Below, in pieces: positions 1-11,942 of a stretch of 64,000 nucleotides of DNA. This DNA comes from Trichinella spiralis (lineage: Eukaryota). The notes under the pieces are model-generated. The model had not been told where the DNA came from, did no database searches, and was given only the letters and a program-made list of their open reading frames with translations. Both the position numbers and the translations under genes were made by a program. Every line of letters starts with the position of its first letter. Position 1 is the stretch's first letter. Location of the stretch: the NCBI RefSeq assembly GCF_000181795.1, contig NW_003526940.1, positions 2,065,854-2,129,853 of the forward strand, read 5' to 3'.

Positions 1-535
1 ATAGCGGTTACGTCAGTCCGAGGACTTTTGATTACTATTTCGAAAGTGAAAAAAAAACACTACAAATAAATTCTCGTTTTAATATAAATTCATAATTGTG
101 TTTCTTCATTTTTCAGCTATTTTCAATCGTCTCTAGTGACAAGTGGTCAAACATTGTCTGTTTGTTGCTGTCCGAAGTGATGGTATGAAAATTGTATATA
201 TATATTTTTTAAAATTAATATCAATTCTAATAATAATAATAATAATACATTGCAGGGCATGTATTTCGTATCATCTGTTTTACTGATTCGTATGAGTATG
301 CCGGCAGAATACAGGTAACAAATGTTCGTTCTTTTTTCTTTTGTAGTTTTTATCCTTTTTTAAAAGTTTTTTTCCAAATGAAAAAAATAGATCTATAATA
401 ACGGATGTGCTTGGCGAATTGAAGTTCAACTTTTACCATCGTTGGTTCGACGTGATTTTCTTGGTCAGCGGTCTGTCGAGCATATTTTTCCTATACATGG
501 CCAGAAAGAAATACATACCCGATAAGGGTGACTGA
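1..535 (+). CDS. GPR89: Golgi pH regulator (GPR89/GPHR), 3' end, truncated by the window; exons 1-45, 117-182, 256-314, 391-535
   Basis: GT-AG spliced translation [97 protein letters not shown] closely matches the GPR89 C-terminus. Missed by the ORF track. Confidence 0.93.
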
Positions 536-677
536 TTGAAGAAATTGACTTTGTGATTACTGGTCGTATAGGTGTGCAAAGAGTGGGTGTTTAGGGAGGG
601 AGAAACAATTTGGTGAACACAAATAAACAAACAAACAAATTAAAGAAAAGACTACAGTGAACCCTGTGTTGTGTGTT

Positions 678-3476
678 TCAAGTGGTTAAAGAACCGTAAA
701 AGCCGTCGGGCGGTCGATACGTTTCGGGCAAAAAGTTCAACTGCCACTGACGAAAAGCGTACCTTCTGGCACCGATGTTCTTGTAGGCATTTTCGATTCT
801 GGTCCCCTGGGTGCGGATTTTTTTCAACAAATCTGCGGCCTGCTTGGTCGACAAATTGTGCTCGGCTTCCAGCAACAATTGTTCATCCAAAGTGACACCC
901 ATCGACGTTCGATCTTTGCCACTTTTGCAGCAGACCAACACGCTGGCGTCGTCGACCAGACGACACAGGCCCATCGACTGGTGCAAAATGTCGACATTTT
1001 TGAATTGCGACTGTTCAACTTGATATTTGAGCTGGTTGAATTTCGACTCGATCGTATTGTTGCAATTCGCTTGGGATAGAAAATTTCCACTTTTCAAGTA
1101 GAGTTCAATTTGTTTGCAGGCTTTTTCGTTGATCTCGAATTCGACGTTCGCTTTTTGAAATTTCACCGCCAAAGACTGATTGAAATTGATGCCCACGTTG
1201 AACAATACCAAACAGACGTGAAACCACTCGCCAGTTTGCAATTTTTCCGGCACCAAGTGCCACCTATCCGACGGTACGGGCAAACTGACCTGCAAACAAA
1301 ACGACCTGCAAATTGCAACGCAAACATATGTACATATACACGCACGCACACATATATATATATATGTATGTGTATATGTATATATGTATATACCGTAAAC
1401 GAACCGAGGTGTCCTTCGACGACCGGCACGCAAGTGGTAGAAGCGTCGTTGAGGATCAACTTGAATCGACACTGACGTCTGGCCAGCTTGACCGCCCAGA
1501 TCATGTCTTCGAGCATGGCCATCTCGTCGGCGTTGCAGGACAAATACGAGTGGATGACGACCAGAGCGCCGCAACGGCTCCACAACTGCCCAATCGGGCG
1601 CTGGTCATTGTTCCACAGAGTATTCAACAGAGCGGCCACGACGCTGGTCAGCAGCTGGGACATGACCGCGCCCGAGCGATAGAAGGTGGAATAGAATTTG
1701 CCCGCCTGCGACGAGCCGTCCAAGCGGAGCAGCATGGCCAGCAAGTAGCTGTGCGTGAGCGTCGCCTGCAACGACTGGAGACGGTCGAGAACCAAATTCG
1801 AGCCGTGTCGAAGTTGTTCGATTAGTTGCGATCGACTACTAGTAGTGGGATGGTGGTCGACGACAAGTGGATCCGACTGTTCGGCCGCCAAAATCGGTAC
1901 CACGTTTTCGATTTTCGTGTGCAACGAGGCGAGTTCGGCTTCGAAATCGTCGCTGTTCGACCGGAAGCTTTCCACACGCCACCGACGCCCCTGGTCAACA
2001 GAGTCGGTCCGCTGGCACCGGTCAGCTTCGTACCATTCGGCCAAATTTTCCGTGAACGTGGTCAACTGACCACCGTGGGCGTCGAACTGGCCGTGCAGAG
2101 TCGCTTGCAACGTTCGACAACGGTCGACGAACTGCCGGCACAGCGTCAGCGTTTCGGACGCGTCCACCGCTCGACCACCACCACCACCACACTGGTCGAA
2201 GTCGAACAAGCCGATCGACCACAACCGCATCTCTCGCAGCGCGTTTTCCACGCCCACGAACGTCTCCACACGACTGCACACTTGACGGAGGTCCATTTTG
2301 AACAAGCCGTCCGAGAAACAGTCGTCGCACAGCGTCGCCTGCAGCCGCTCCAAACCACCGCCGGCGAAGCCGTCCGCGTGGGCGGCAAATGCACCGCAGG
2401 TGAAATAATCGACGCGGCCAGCCGGCTTACCGTAGTCGAAGATTTGCAGGTGCAAATTGGTCGGGTAGAATTCGAACTCGTCGACGTGTTTCACAATGCT
2501 CGCTTTGAAAGGACTGCCGTGGAACGAGTCCATGAAACCGCCCACGCGGTCCAGTTTGGCCAACAGCGAGCGAAGTTGATCCACGTGCGCGAGGCGTTTC
2601 GTTTCCACCTCTTTCGGCACGTAGTCGAGACATTCCAAATAGCGTAGGATGTGTTTGAAAAAATTGCGCAAACAATTCAACACTTGTTTCGGCACAGTCG
2701 AAAATACCTGACGAAAAGAAAAAAGAAACAACAATATAATTAATTATTTAAAAAATAAATAAACAAATTTCCATTTTATTCGTTCACACCACCTTTGGTT
2801 CGGCCATGCATTCGTAGAAGTGTAGTAGTACTAGTTGTTGTTGTTGGGTTTGTTCAAATTGAAAATGCCGAACAATTGGTCTAGAGTAGAGTGTTCGAAA
2901 AGACTGACTTTGGAGCAACGCCCGCCAAGCGGTCAGTGATTGGTCATTTTGGTGGAACAACTGGTCGTTTTCGGGAAAAAAGCCCGCCTCGACGAAATGG
3001 CCCAAACTGTATTCTCTGCGTTGTTGCAACGCCGAACTGAGACGCTCCTGGCAGCGAGCCAACTTCGCCTGGATCATCTCCTGAGAACAGCCGACAATTG
3101 CCCGTACCCAGTCGGAACGGTCCTCTTCGGCGAAGCAGGAAAAGTAGAACTTTCGTCCGTAGTTGACCACCACGAACGGATACGGCAACTCGACCAGCGG
3201 TTCCTCGAGCTCGGCCACGCAACGTTCCAATACGACCAGAAATTTCATCTCCAATTCGGCCGTCATCGACCCAACCGACGGCACCGTTTCCAAGTCGTAA
3301 ACAAGCAACGCGTTCGCCTTCAGCACCGCCCTTATCGTGCAAGTGGAATCCGACCGACCCGGACCGTAGTCGGCCGACTTGCCGACGCCGAACGGATCGT
3401 AATACGGATCACGGTAAGTCAACAGTACACCCTCCTTGATGACGTCATTCTTGTCACCGTAGACGATCGTTGTCAT
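678..3476 (-). CDS. INPP4: Inositol polyphosphate 4-phosphatase with N-terminal PH domain; exons 3476-2793, 2707-1394, 1289-678
   Basis: CX5R motif CKSGKDRTSMGVTL, EFYPTNLHLQ, TCGAFAAH, C-terminal YAF...LPETYRPPDGFYG. PH-like N-terminus (IKEGVL...LKANALLVY...EEDRSDWVRAI). Both introns are phase 0 with GT-AG ends. Confidence 0.92.
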
Positions 3477-5209
3477 TCTTTTTTTCAAACTTCAAATTCC
3501 ACCACTTTTCTCACTGCTGGCCGACTGTTCAACGAAACTTGTTCATTGTGCAAGTTGCAAATAAAAATACTTCTTATCTTCTTCAAAATCAAAATATGCC
3601 ATCAATTGGTTTTCACGCTGCTGCCAATTAATTATACTTATAAATCACTTCCTCATACTTGATTCATTTGTCAAAAAATTGCCTACAAATATGTCATAAC
3701 ACAATCAACAAATCGCATCATTTTAATCAAAAAATTTTAAAAATTCATTCTTAATACATAAACAAAATAATAAAACATACTTTGTACTCTGTGACTAGTT
3801 TAATTTAACATTTCCTCAATGCAAATTTTAGGAATAATGATGTTATTCAAAATGAAAGACAATTCACATTCTGAATGAATAAAAATGAACGTATTAAATT
3901 AAAAATGAATTTAATAATTCTGTGGAATAACAAATGAAAGAAAAACATTATTCGCATTCTCACTTTGAAAACTTGTGTTCAAGGTATATTGATTAACAAG
4001 GCAAAAGCTGTTTTCTGCAAACTACATTATTCTCAACTGGAATTCTCAATAAATTTCATACAAAATTCAATTCAACTGATAAAATTTGCAACTGTGAAAT
4101 GAATGAAATGCAAATAAAAATACAATAAAAAGAATATTCTATTTTTCAAATCAGTATACATCTCCAATTTCACACTGCTTAAAATTAAAGTCAACATGTG
4201 TAAAAAATAAAAAATAAAAATATACCGATGCAAAAACGGCAATTGGATTTTGTGACCATAATAATTACATTTGCAAAGTCTTTTCTGCAGAGTAAACAAC
4301 GGCATTGTCAACAAAGAATTGCACATTTTGTAGGTAATCAAGAACTAAAATATATTTGCTTCTACTGTATACAATGCGGCTTCTGTCAAGTGGACAAAAA
4401 AATGGAACAACTATTTTCAACTTTATTCATCGTTTGCGGAACTATTAAATATTAATTATGAAATTTCAATCACAAAAAGAAACTTGCAAATTTTGCTTAA
4501 AATAATTTTTTCGTACAATTTATTTTATCCGCAAAAAAGGACAACAGTGAGCGAAAGATTTTTACAATGTTCTACAGTAAGGCACCTCTAATTGAAATAT
4601 TACAGTTGCATTGATTTTTTTTCCAAAATATTTCTAAAAAATTTTATTTAATTTGGAAAAAAACCGATAAATTAAAATTGAATTCATTATTCGCTGAATA
4701 TATTGAAAATTTGTTTACTTTAAAAAGTTATCGATTTTCTGGTAAGTTCAATTTGAATTTTCAAGTTGAACAAAAAAGTTCTCGTAAAATTAAAACCAAA
4801 TAATAATAACATTTCACTTTTACTCTGAATTCAATACATTTCAATTTCATTTTATTCTTTTCATTGATATCCATTCAATCTTACAACAAATTTTTCAAAT
4901 TTCAGTTAACAGTATATGAAACAGAGAACTTCGAAATCTGCCATTGGAGACTTCGTAATGCCCAGCCATTGGAAGCTGGCCTGAACGGTCTATCTGGTAA
5001 CTCGCGCAACTCTGTACTGCTTGACTATGGATAACCAAACTACAGTACACACGCTAGTACCTGAAGATCTCCACGACTATGTGTAGGTACTTGACAGTGT
5101 GGTGGTTGCTGGTTACGTGACGGGTTAGATGATTTTTAACCTTGTGGCCGCTCTGTTGTGTTACGACTTTTGTTGCGGTGTTTCATCCACCTGTTTATGC
5201 CTTGCGTTG

Positions 5210-5369
5210 GATAAACAGTATGATTCATCGACTGAGTTTTGTGGTTTCAAGCTCGATTGTGCACGCTGGTCAATCGCTGGCAGATAGTCAAAATTGCTTC
5301 CGACGGAAATAGAAAAATGCAGTCCACTATGACTGAAGATCAAGTTGCGCGTAAATTGCGTTCTCAACA
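5210..5369 (+). repeat. 5' LTR R/U5 portion (related copy at 7717-7870)
   Basis: Shared blocks such as ctcgattgtgc, aattgcttc, actgaagat-aagttg-gcgtaaattgcgttc-caaca. Confidence 0.8.
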
Positions 5370-6953
5370 TTTGATCTTCCCAGCCGGAGTCGTCAGAGAT
5401 CTATGGAACCAGCGATCTACGGATAGGTCGTGGTTGTGATCGAAGGTGTGAATGTCGAAGCGAAATCGAAAAAGTCGGCTGTGAACAAGGAAAAGCTGAA
5501 CCTGCTGCTGGAGGAGCTCGATCAACTGTGCGGCGAGTCGGAAGAAGTCACGGAGCAGGTCTCGGTGACCGAGGAGCTCTATTGTGAGGCGGATGTGCTC
5601 CCGGCAGAATTGGAACAAAGCCCGGATGGGGAAGAAGGCAAAAGTTCCTTCAGAAAAAGCAAGGCCGAGCTCTGATAAGAGCAGGGCAGGCGGAAGAAAT
5701 GGGTTCCAGGAGGATCAGGACGGCAGAGGTTGAAAAGAATGTTCGACTGCCGCGCTGTGATCTTCGAAATTTGATGGTGGCAATTCACGAAATTTCGGGG
5801 GTTTTTGGACCAATTTGAGACCAGTGTTTATAAAATAACAAATGAGTCAGATGCTGCAAAGTTGACATGAATTGCTGCAAAGAAGACGGACGGCAAAGTG
5901 AGCTGCCTGTTCGGTGAGACACTAGAATCAATTGCTCTTTGCTGACCTGTCTGCCGCGAATGCCGACTATTACGTGGCAGTTCGAAGTCTGAAAGAACGC
6001 TTTGTCAGACCGATCACTGTGATTAGAAGACTGACGCTCTGGAGGCCCTCTGTGATCACGAACACCGAAGTGTCGAAACTTTGATGGCGTTAGGAAAGTA
6101 CTCTCGGACGGCCGAACTCGCAGATCATAATATTGAATAGAGAGAAGTTACCGCGTGTGACAAAGATCAAATGGTATGTGGTGACGAAGGCAGATGAGAC
6201 TGCACGATCTTATCTGACAGCATTTGTGCGGTTCATCTAGGATCACACGGAAATGCTGACTGAGTCTTGTTGCCTAGTCCACAAAGGTAACACCGGTAAA
6301 TCAAAGACCACCACCACCCGACAAGACGACTTGATTAGAAGACGCAAGCGAATGGCGACATTCCTTCACGCTTCAGTTGCGAATGGTTGCCCCATTTGCA
6401 TGGATTCACAGAAGGCGTCAGACTATACAGACTTGCTTCATACATAGCGGATCCTCATCGACGTCAGGTTCTGGCGGAGATGGCTCGTTTGAGCTTCATC
6501 TGCTTTCCAGTCGGGCACAGAACAAGAAGGTATAACCAGAAAAGAGGAAGATGAGGAAAGCGGTGATTCCTTTATCACACCACCCCTAGGGAAAGAATGA
6601 CCGCTAGCTGATTGTTCGACACGGCAGTAGAATGATTATTGATGAGGCTGGATGTGACAGACGAGCTCGACCTCAAAGGTGAGGTACTTTTGATCGCGGT
6701 ACACGCTACTAATAGCGCGAGTCACGAGGTGCAGAAGTCACGATTTGTGGCTTTGGCTGGAGAACCGCGGCACTCCGTAAAGGCGTTGACCATGCCGACG
6801 CTGTGCAGCAACGTCACGCGAACGAGAATATCAACGGAAGCCTGGCCACATTTCTGCAAGTTAGAATTCCAGAAGCAAAAGGATGAGGAAGAACTGCCAG
6901 TATTAAGGCAGGATTAACGTCCATCGGTGGGAGGTGAGGATGATTCAGTGGCA

Positions 6954-7400
6954 GGGCGATCTGCTTACCACTTCCATCAACTCGCCGGCGATTCGCCGAA
7001 AAGCGATCGCTTTTAAGCCGAGAGAATCCAAGAGTTGTCAGATCCCACGGAACTTTCGGGAATTGCAGTTGTTTGCAAACACTGTGGAATTAGACGGAGC
7101 TGAGCCTTATCAGGCGCGTAGGGAATTTGAGCGGTACCTTTCTCACGCCGGCATTACATGCTGTGCGCCTTTTCGAGGAGGATCCTGTTTCTTTAGAAAC
7201 ACTTTAGGGTTGGGCGATCTGCTTACCACTTCCATCAACACCCCGGCGATTCGCCGAAATGAGATCGCTTTTCGAAATCCAAGAGCTGTCAGATCCTACG
7301 GAACTTTAGGGAATTGGAGTCGTTTGCCAACCGTCTGCATTCAGAGGGAGCTCAGCCTTACCAGGCGCGGTAGGAATTGCAGCTGTCACTCTCGTATGAC
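6954..7400 (+). repeat. Internal ~190-bp diverged duplication (copies start at 6954 and 7212)
   Basis: Both copies begin gggcgatctgcttaccacttccatcaac and continue ccggcgattcgccgaaa...tccaagag-tgtcagatcc-acggaacttt-gggaattg. Confidence 0.9.
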
Positions 7401-7716
7401 AGTATGACATGGTGTTCACTTTTCTTGCAAGGAGGTTGACACCACTCTACGAACAGCTACCCACTTGCTGTGAGAAGGTTTGGTATGGTGGAGAAGAGTC
7501 ACGAGATTTCGATACCGACGAAGACTCAATGAGTATTCCGCAGTCATCCGGTCGTATTTGGGCATCTACTTTGCGTTTGAGGCACAAGGTGCAGGATTGC
7601 CGTATTGTGAATTGTCCAGTTGTCTTCGACAGGTCTGCATGGTCTGTAGGAGTCTCTTTAAATGACCGCTGGGTCTTTGTTGCAATGTTTTCTCTACCTA
7701 TTTGTGTACTGCATTG

Positions 7717-7870
7717 AATAAACTGTGCGATTTATTCACCTGAGTTTTGTTGGTTCACTCTCGATTGTGCGGGCAATCGCGGGCGGATAATCAGAATTGC
7801 TTCTGATGCAAATTGAAAAACACTTTACTGTAACTGAAGATGAAGTTGTGCGTAAATTGCGTTCGCAACA
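7717..7870 (+). repeat. 3' LTR R/U5 portion
   Basis: Starts at an AATAAA, ends CAACA, and aligns by eye with 5210-5369. Confidence 0.8.
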
Positions 7871-8119
7871 AAACATCATTTACTGTCTCTTTTTTCCATT
7901 CCTGCATTTCATAGTTCAGTAAATTTATACATAATTTTTGTATTAAATCCTTTTAAGTTCAATATTAAACGAAAACCGAAAGTAAACTGCGCTTATGAAA
8001 GCTCACCAATGTGATTTATAATAAATAGATAAATATTAATAATTAAGGGAAAGTGGAAATTACATAATAAATTTGCTGAAAGCGTCATGTTGATAAAAAT
8101 GGGTTTATGTAAAAAGCTG

Positions 8120-8191
8120 TGCCGTGACCAGGATTCGAACCTGGGTTATTGCGGCCACAACGCAATGTCCTAACCACTAGACGATCACGGC
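8120..8191 (-). tRNA. tRNA-His (GUG)
   Basis: GCCGTGATCGTCTAGTGGTTAGGACATTGCGTTGTGGCCGCAATAACCCAGGTTCGAATCCTGGTCACGGCA: full cloverleaf, GTG anticodon, TTCGAAT T-loop, T5 terminator at 8115-8111. Confidence 0.97.
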
Positions 8192-8946
8192 TGTTGAAAG
8201 TTGTGGTAGACGTAGTTAAAGTAAGTATATCTGAATGTTCTGTAATTAATTTTGTGCAAAGCATGTTACGCATCGAATGCAACTTTAGAAATCACTTTCA
8301 GAGATGCATTTATGTAAAAAATGGAAACTTACCTGATTTTCATGAAGCAAAGATTGCACTACAGTTTTTTTTATTTCAGTTTTTAAATGTATGGTTCAAC
8401 AAATATTTTTTAAGTGAAAAATGCAACTACATTTTCTGTAATGTGCAGTGCATTAAATATTTTAAATGTATAAAATTTTGTTACTTTATTAAATAAATGA
8501 CCGTACTTACAGTATGAAATGTTGGATGATATGTCAATCTATTTGTTGAAACATATTATGGTATTAATTACTTTAGTTTTTGATAATTTATGTATTTTTT
8601 AGTTTAAACTAATGAAATGATATTTGTTTAGCAGTTTCTGAAACTTTAGTTTTAATTGAAATGATTTGGATCAATTTTTATCATTCGCATGTTAAATATT
8701 TTAGTTTTTGTAAATAAATATGAAGTTAAAGATGAATTGTGCATGAATTATATGGCGTACGGTGGATATTTTGTGAATATGATTATTTTAGATTTATGCG
8801 AGCAACATTTTTCAAGAACGTTTGGAAGAAATATAAAATTACTGGTGTACAAATTGCTCCAAAAGCACCTGAACAACCATTTCCCACTTTTGGCTGGAGT
8901 CTTTTTTGCGCTGTTTTCTGCATTTCTTTAGTCTGCAAAGCGATCA

Positions 8947-10456
8947 ATGTCGACTGGAGAAAAAAATCTGATGCCATGCGAAGAAGCCATCATCAAAGCT
9001 CATTGTCATAATGCTGATCCTGCGACCAATGTAAGCTTTTTGATTCTTCGATTGCCAAATTTTCTTTTTTTTCACATCATTTCACATTTTGAGGACGTGC
9101 AATTTCAGTTTATGATCAATTCAACTCTTGTTTATTTATTTTTAGTGCCATTTTGAAATCTACATGATTTGGTCATTCTTTACATTTTTAAAACTCTAAC
9201 TCATTTGATTTTTAAATATTATTTGTAATGAATTTGAAGCTTTTTAGTTTTTTAATCCTGTTTTATTATTAGTATACATTTGTTCACAGTTAGATATCAG
9301 TGTATTCAGTGTTTAATTTTGAAACTTTATTTCAAACTAAATGAAATTTCAGTATCAAAAAATTTAATTAACCGAAGAAATCACTCCTGAGGTTTTACAA
9401 CATTCTAGAAATACTTTATGCAGCAAACAATGCTTCGAATAAAAGATCCTGCAAAATCGATAGAATTTTACACTAAAGTTTTGGGCATGAGGTAAGTTTT
9501 TCGGTGAAGTTTCACATTTTTCCATTTTTAATTATGCTGAAAAATTCCTTTTACCTATTTTATAGATAAATGTCGGACATTTTATTGAATAATTGTATTA
9601 TTTATTTGCTTAGCACTGCACTGTAGAATTTTGAAATTCTATTCAACTATTGCAAATAAAAAAGTCTCGTTTTCTCACTTTTCTTTTGCTTTTATTCTCA
9701 CATGACTTTAAGTTCTTTGTAAATCATGAATAGCCTAATGTAATAATTAAATTTTTTATGGAATTAGAAAAAGAAAATTGTGAAAATTTTGTTAAAAAGA
9801 TTTTTTTAATTCCAACTAATTACTTTGTTAGATTACTTCACCGTATGGATTTTTCCACCATGCAGTTTTCATTGTATTTCTTGGGATATGAAGATATCAG
9901 TTTGAAGCCTGGCGATTCCAATGCAGCTATAGAATGGACATTTTCCAGAAGAGCAACTCTGGAATTAACTCAGTAAGACTGAATTGCACGACTCTCTGTG
10001 AAGTGAAAATGCAGATAATTTTAATTTTGTCAGATATAATTTTAATTTTTCAAAGTTTTCTTAAATTGTACTTTTAGTTCACTTTATAATCCATTATTCA
10101 TTCAATTTATGTTTTATTATTATTTAATGACTAGAACAATTTAGTAACTGGGGTACTGAAAATGATCCAGATCAAGCTTATCATAATGGAAATCAAGAAC
10201 CCAGAGGCTTTGGTATACAGTTTATTTTTTTAGAAATTATCACATTTTTAATGTTGCAGGTCACATTGGAATAGCCGTTCCGGATGTGTACGAAGCATGT
10301 GCTCGTTTTGAAAAATTAAATGTAACTTTTGTTAAACGTCCGGATGATGGAAAAATGAAAGGAATAGCGTTTATTCAAGATCCGGATGGATATTACGTTG
10401 AAATTTTTAATCCATCCACATTACCTAGCATTATTTCTTCTTTTACACAACAATGA
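8947..10456 (+). CDS. GLO1: Glyoxalase I (lactoylglutathione lyase); exons 8947-9030, 9409-9491, 9832-9972, 10145-10212, 10260-10456
   Basis: [104 protein letters not shown]; intron phases are consistent. Confidence 0.96.
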
Positions 10457-10596
10457 CATTCTCAAAATAGTTGGGTAATGTGAAGAATATTTTAGATTTT
10501 TTTTTCTGGAACAGTAACATCTTGATATTGTGAATTTGAAAAGAAAGTAAATTCATTGGAAAAAAACAGTTGCATTTAATGAAAAAACTTAGACTT

Positions 10597-11942
10597 TTAC
10601 TGGATTAAATATTTTTGCAAATTCAAAGCACCCAACAAGAGCTTGGGAATTTCTACATAGTCTTGTTGTTGGTGGGAAAAAGAGTCCGAGATGAGTGACG
10701 CAGGGCAAGTGAATAATGAATAGACGAAAGAGGCATATTTGAACAACAGTCGTTGGATATCTTCGTTAGCAGAGGTGGAAAAGCAAGATGCAAGCACGTC
10801 GTTGACAACAATACTCCCTGAAGTTGTGATCGGCGAATAGATGCCAGTTTTGACGACTTTGCTCGTGGAAACGACTTTCGATTCGACAAGTTTGTCGTTG
10901 TCAGCTTTAACAAAGATGCATTTTCCAACGGCAACTTTTTCAGCCATCAAAACCATCTCTTTGCCATCGCAGTTGGTCTGGTAAATCATGTGCAACGGTG
11001 TCAGTGAAAGTCGGTGTCCGGATTCTGTTTCCAGGTTAATAAACTGAGCTTTCGTCTCCTTTTGGGCGTGGATCCAAGTCATCACCGGACTGTATTCCAA
11101 ATGTCCATTTTCACTACGCGTTAATACTTGAGCATCTTTTTTTTGTAAAAGATGTTTCATTTGCATACGTCCGTTGGTGGTCAAAACCCAGTCGTCTCCG
11201 TGAAAGCATCTGGCGCGTCCTCCATTTTCCACCATTTCAACAGCTGGCTGAAAAATCACACCATTATTATTATCTCATAAGAGTGAAAATTGTCGAATAA
11301 TTGATAACCAAGAAGAATATGAAATTGATTAATTGAATAGATATTTTTTAATCAGTTCACTGAAAGCGGCTGTTAAAGAATGGGTTTTTTCAGTTATTTT
11401 TTTAATGTCTAACATTTTTTCAATGATAGATAAAATTGATTGAAATGAGCAATGAAATTTCAAGTTTGTTTTTATAAGTTTGAAAATTCCTTGGAATAAG
11501 AAAAAATATGAAATCATGGGGTGTAATTTTCGAGGATACTGTAGATGGAATATTTTCACTTAAAAATTATTTTTTGTTTTTATATAATGAATTAATAGTA
11601 AACGAATGAATAATTGAAGAAAGGAGAAATGTATTCGAAGAAAGATAACGAGTAATTATTGTGTACGTATGTGTGCATGCATGCGGGTGGGTATACCTCA
11701 GCTATAGCTTCAGTTTGAACGTTGGAAGCGATCAGATTGTCACAGGTGCAGGTGCATTTTTCTCTAGCTTCATGAATGAACAGGCAGTCGGTTCTTGTTA
11801 GCTCAGTGCAGGAGCGTTTCGAGCTGAGCTGACGTTGGATGAAGGTCCTCTCTCCGGCGTCGCCTGGGCACATGGCGGCGCCATTAGCCACTGTGGCGAT
11901 CAGCATTAGCGTCAAGCCGAGCTCAAGCAGAAGCTTGTGCAT
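10597..11942 (-). CDS. Hedgehog-related secreted protein 1: signal peptide + 6-Cys domain + Hint/Hog autoprocessing domain (~298 aa); exons 11942-11697, 11247-10597
   Basis: Hydrophobic N-terminal signal. Hint motifs CFHGD, LSLTPLHMIY (TxxH), GIYSPITTSGSIVVNDVLASCFS. Phase-0 GT-AG intron joins the two ORFs. Confidence 0.9.

Larger units (their letters stand above)
4917..7870 (+). mobile_element. Decayed, internally deleted BEL/Pao LTR retrotransposon
   Basis: Diverged direct repeats at ~5210-5369 and ~7717-7870, both ending CAACA. PBS-like sequence follows the first repeat. Broken gag fragments (KLNLLLEELDQLC; KFRGFLDQFETSV; NADYYVAVRSLKERF, DUF1759-like), a degenerate Zn knuckle (CPIC...) and an RNFREL segment resembling the Pao LRKFWELE motif. 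Many stops and frameshifts. The left boundary is approximate. Confidence 0.8.

Noticed and set aside
678..3476. Horizontal transfer of a bacterial SopB/IpgD-like phosphatase
   Set aside because: Eukaryotic INPP4 motifs run along the whole protein, and it has spliceosomal introns and a PH domain.
1313..3662. Long + strand ORFs (1313-1825, 1826-2647, 2940-3662)
   Set aside because: Antisense shadows of GC-rich INPP4 codons; no recognisable motifs.
8085..8282. 65-aa minus-strand ORF
   Set aside because: Overlaps tRNA-His; spurious.
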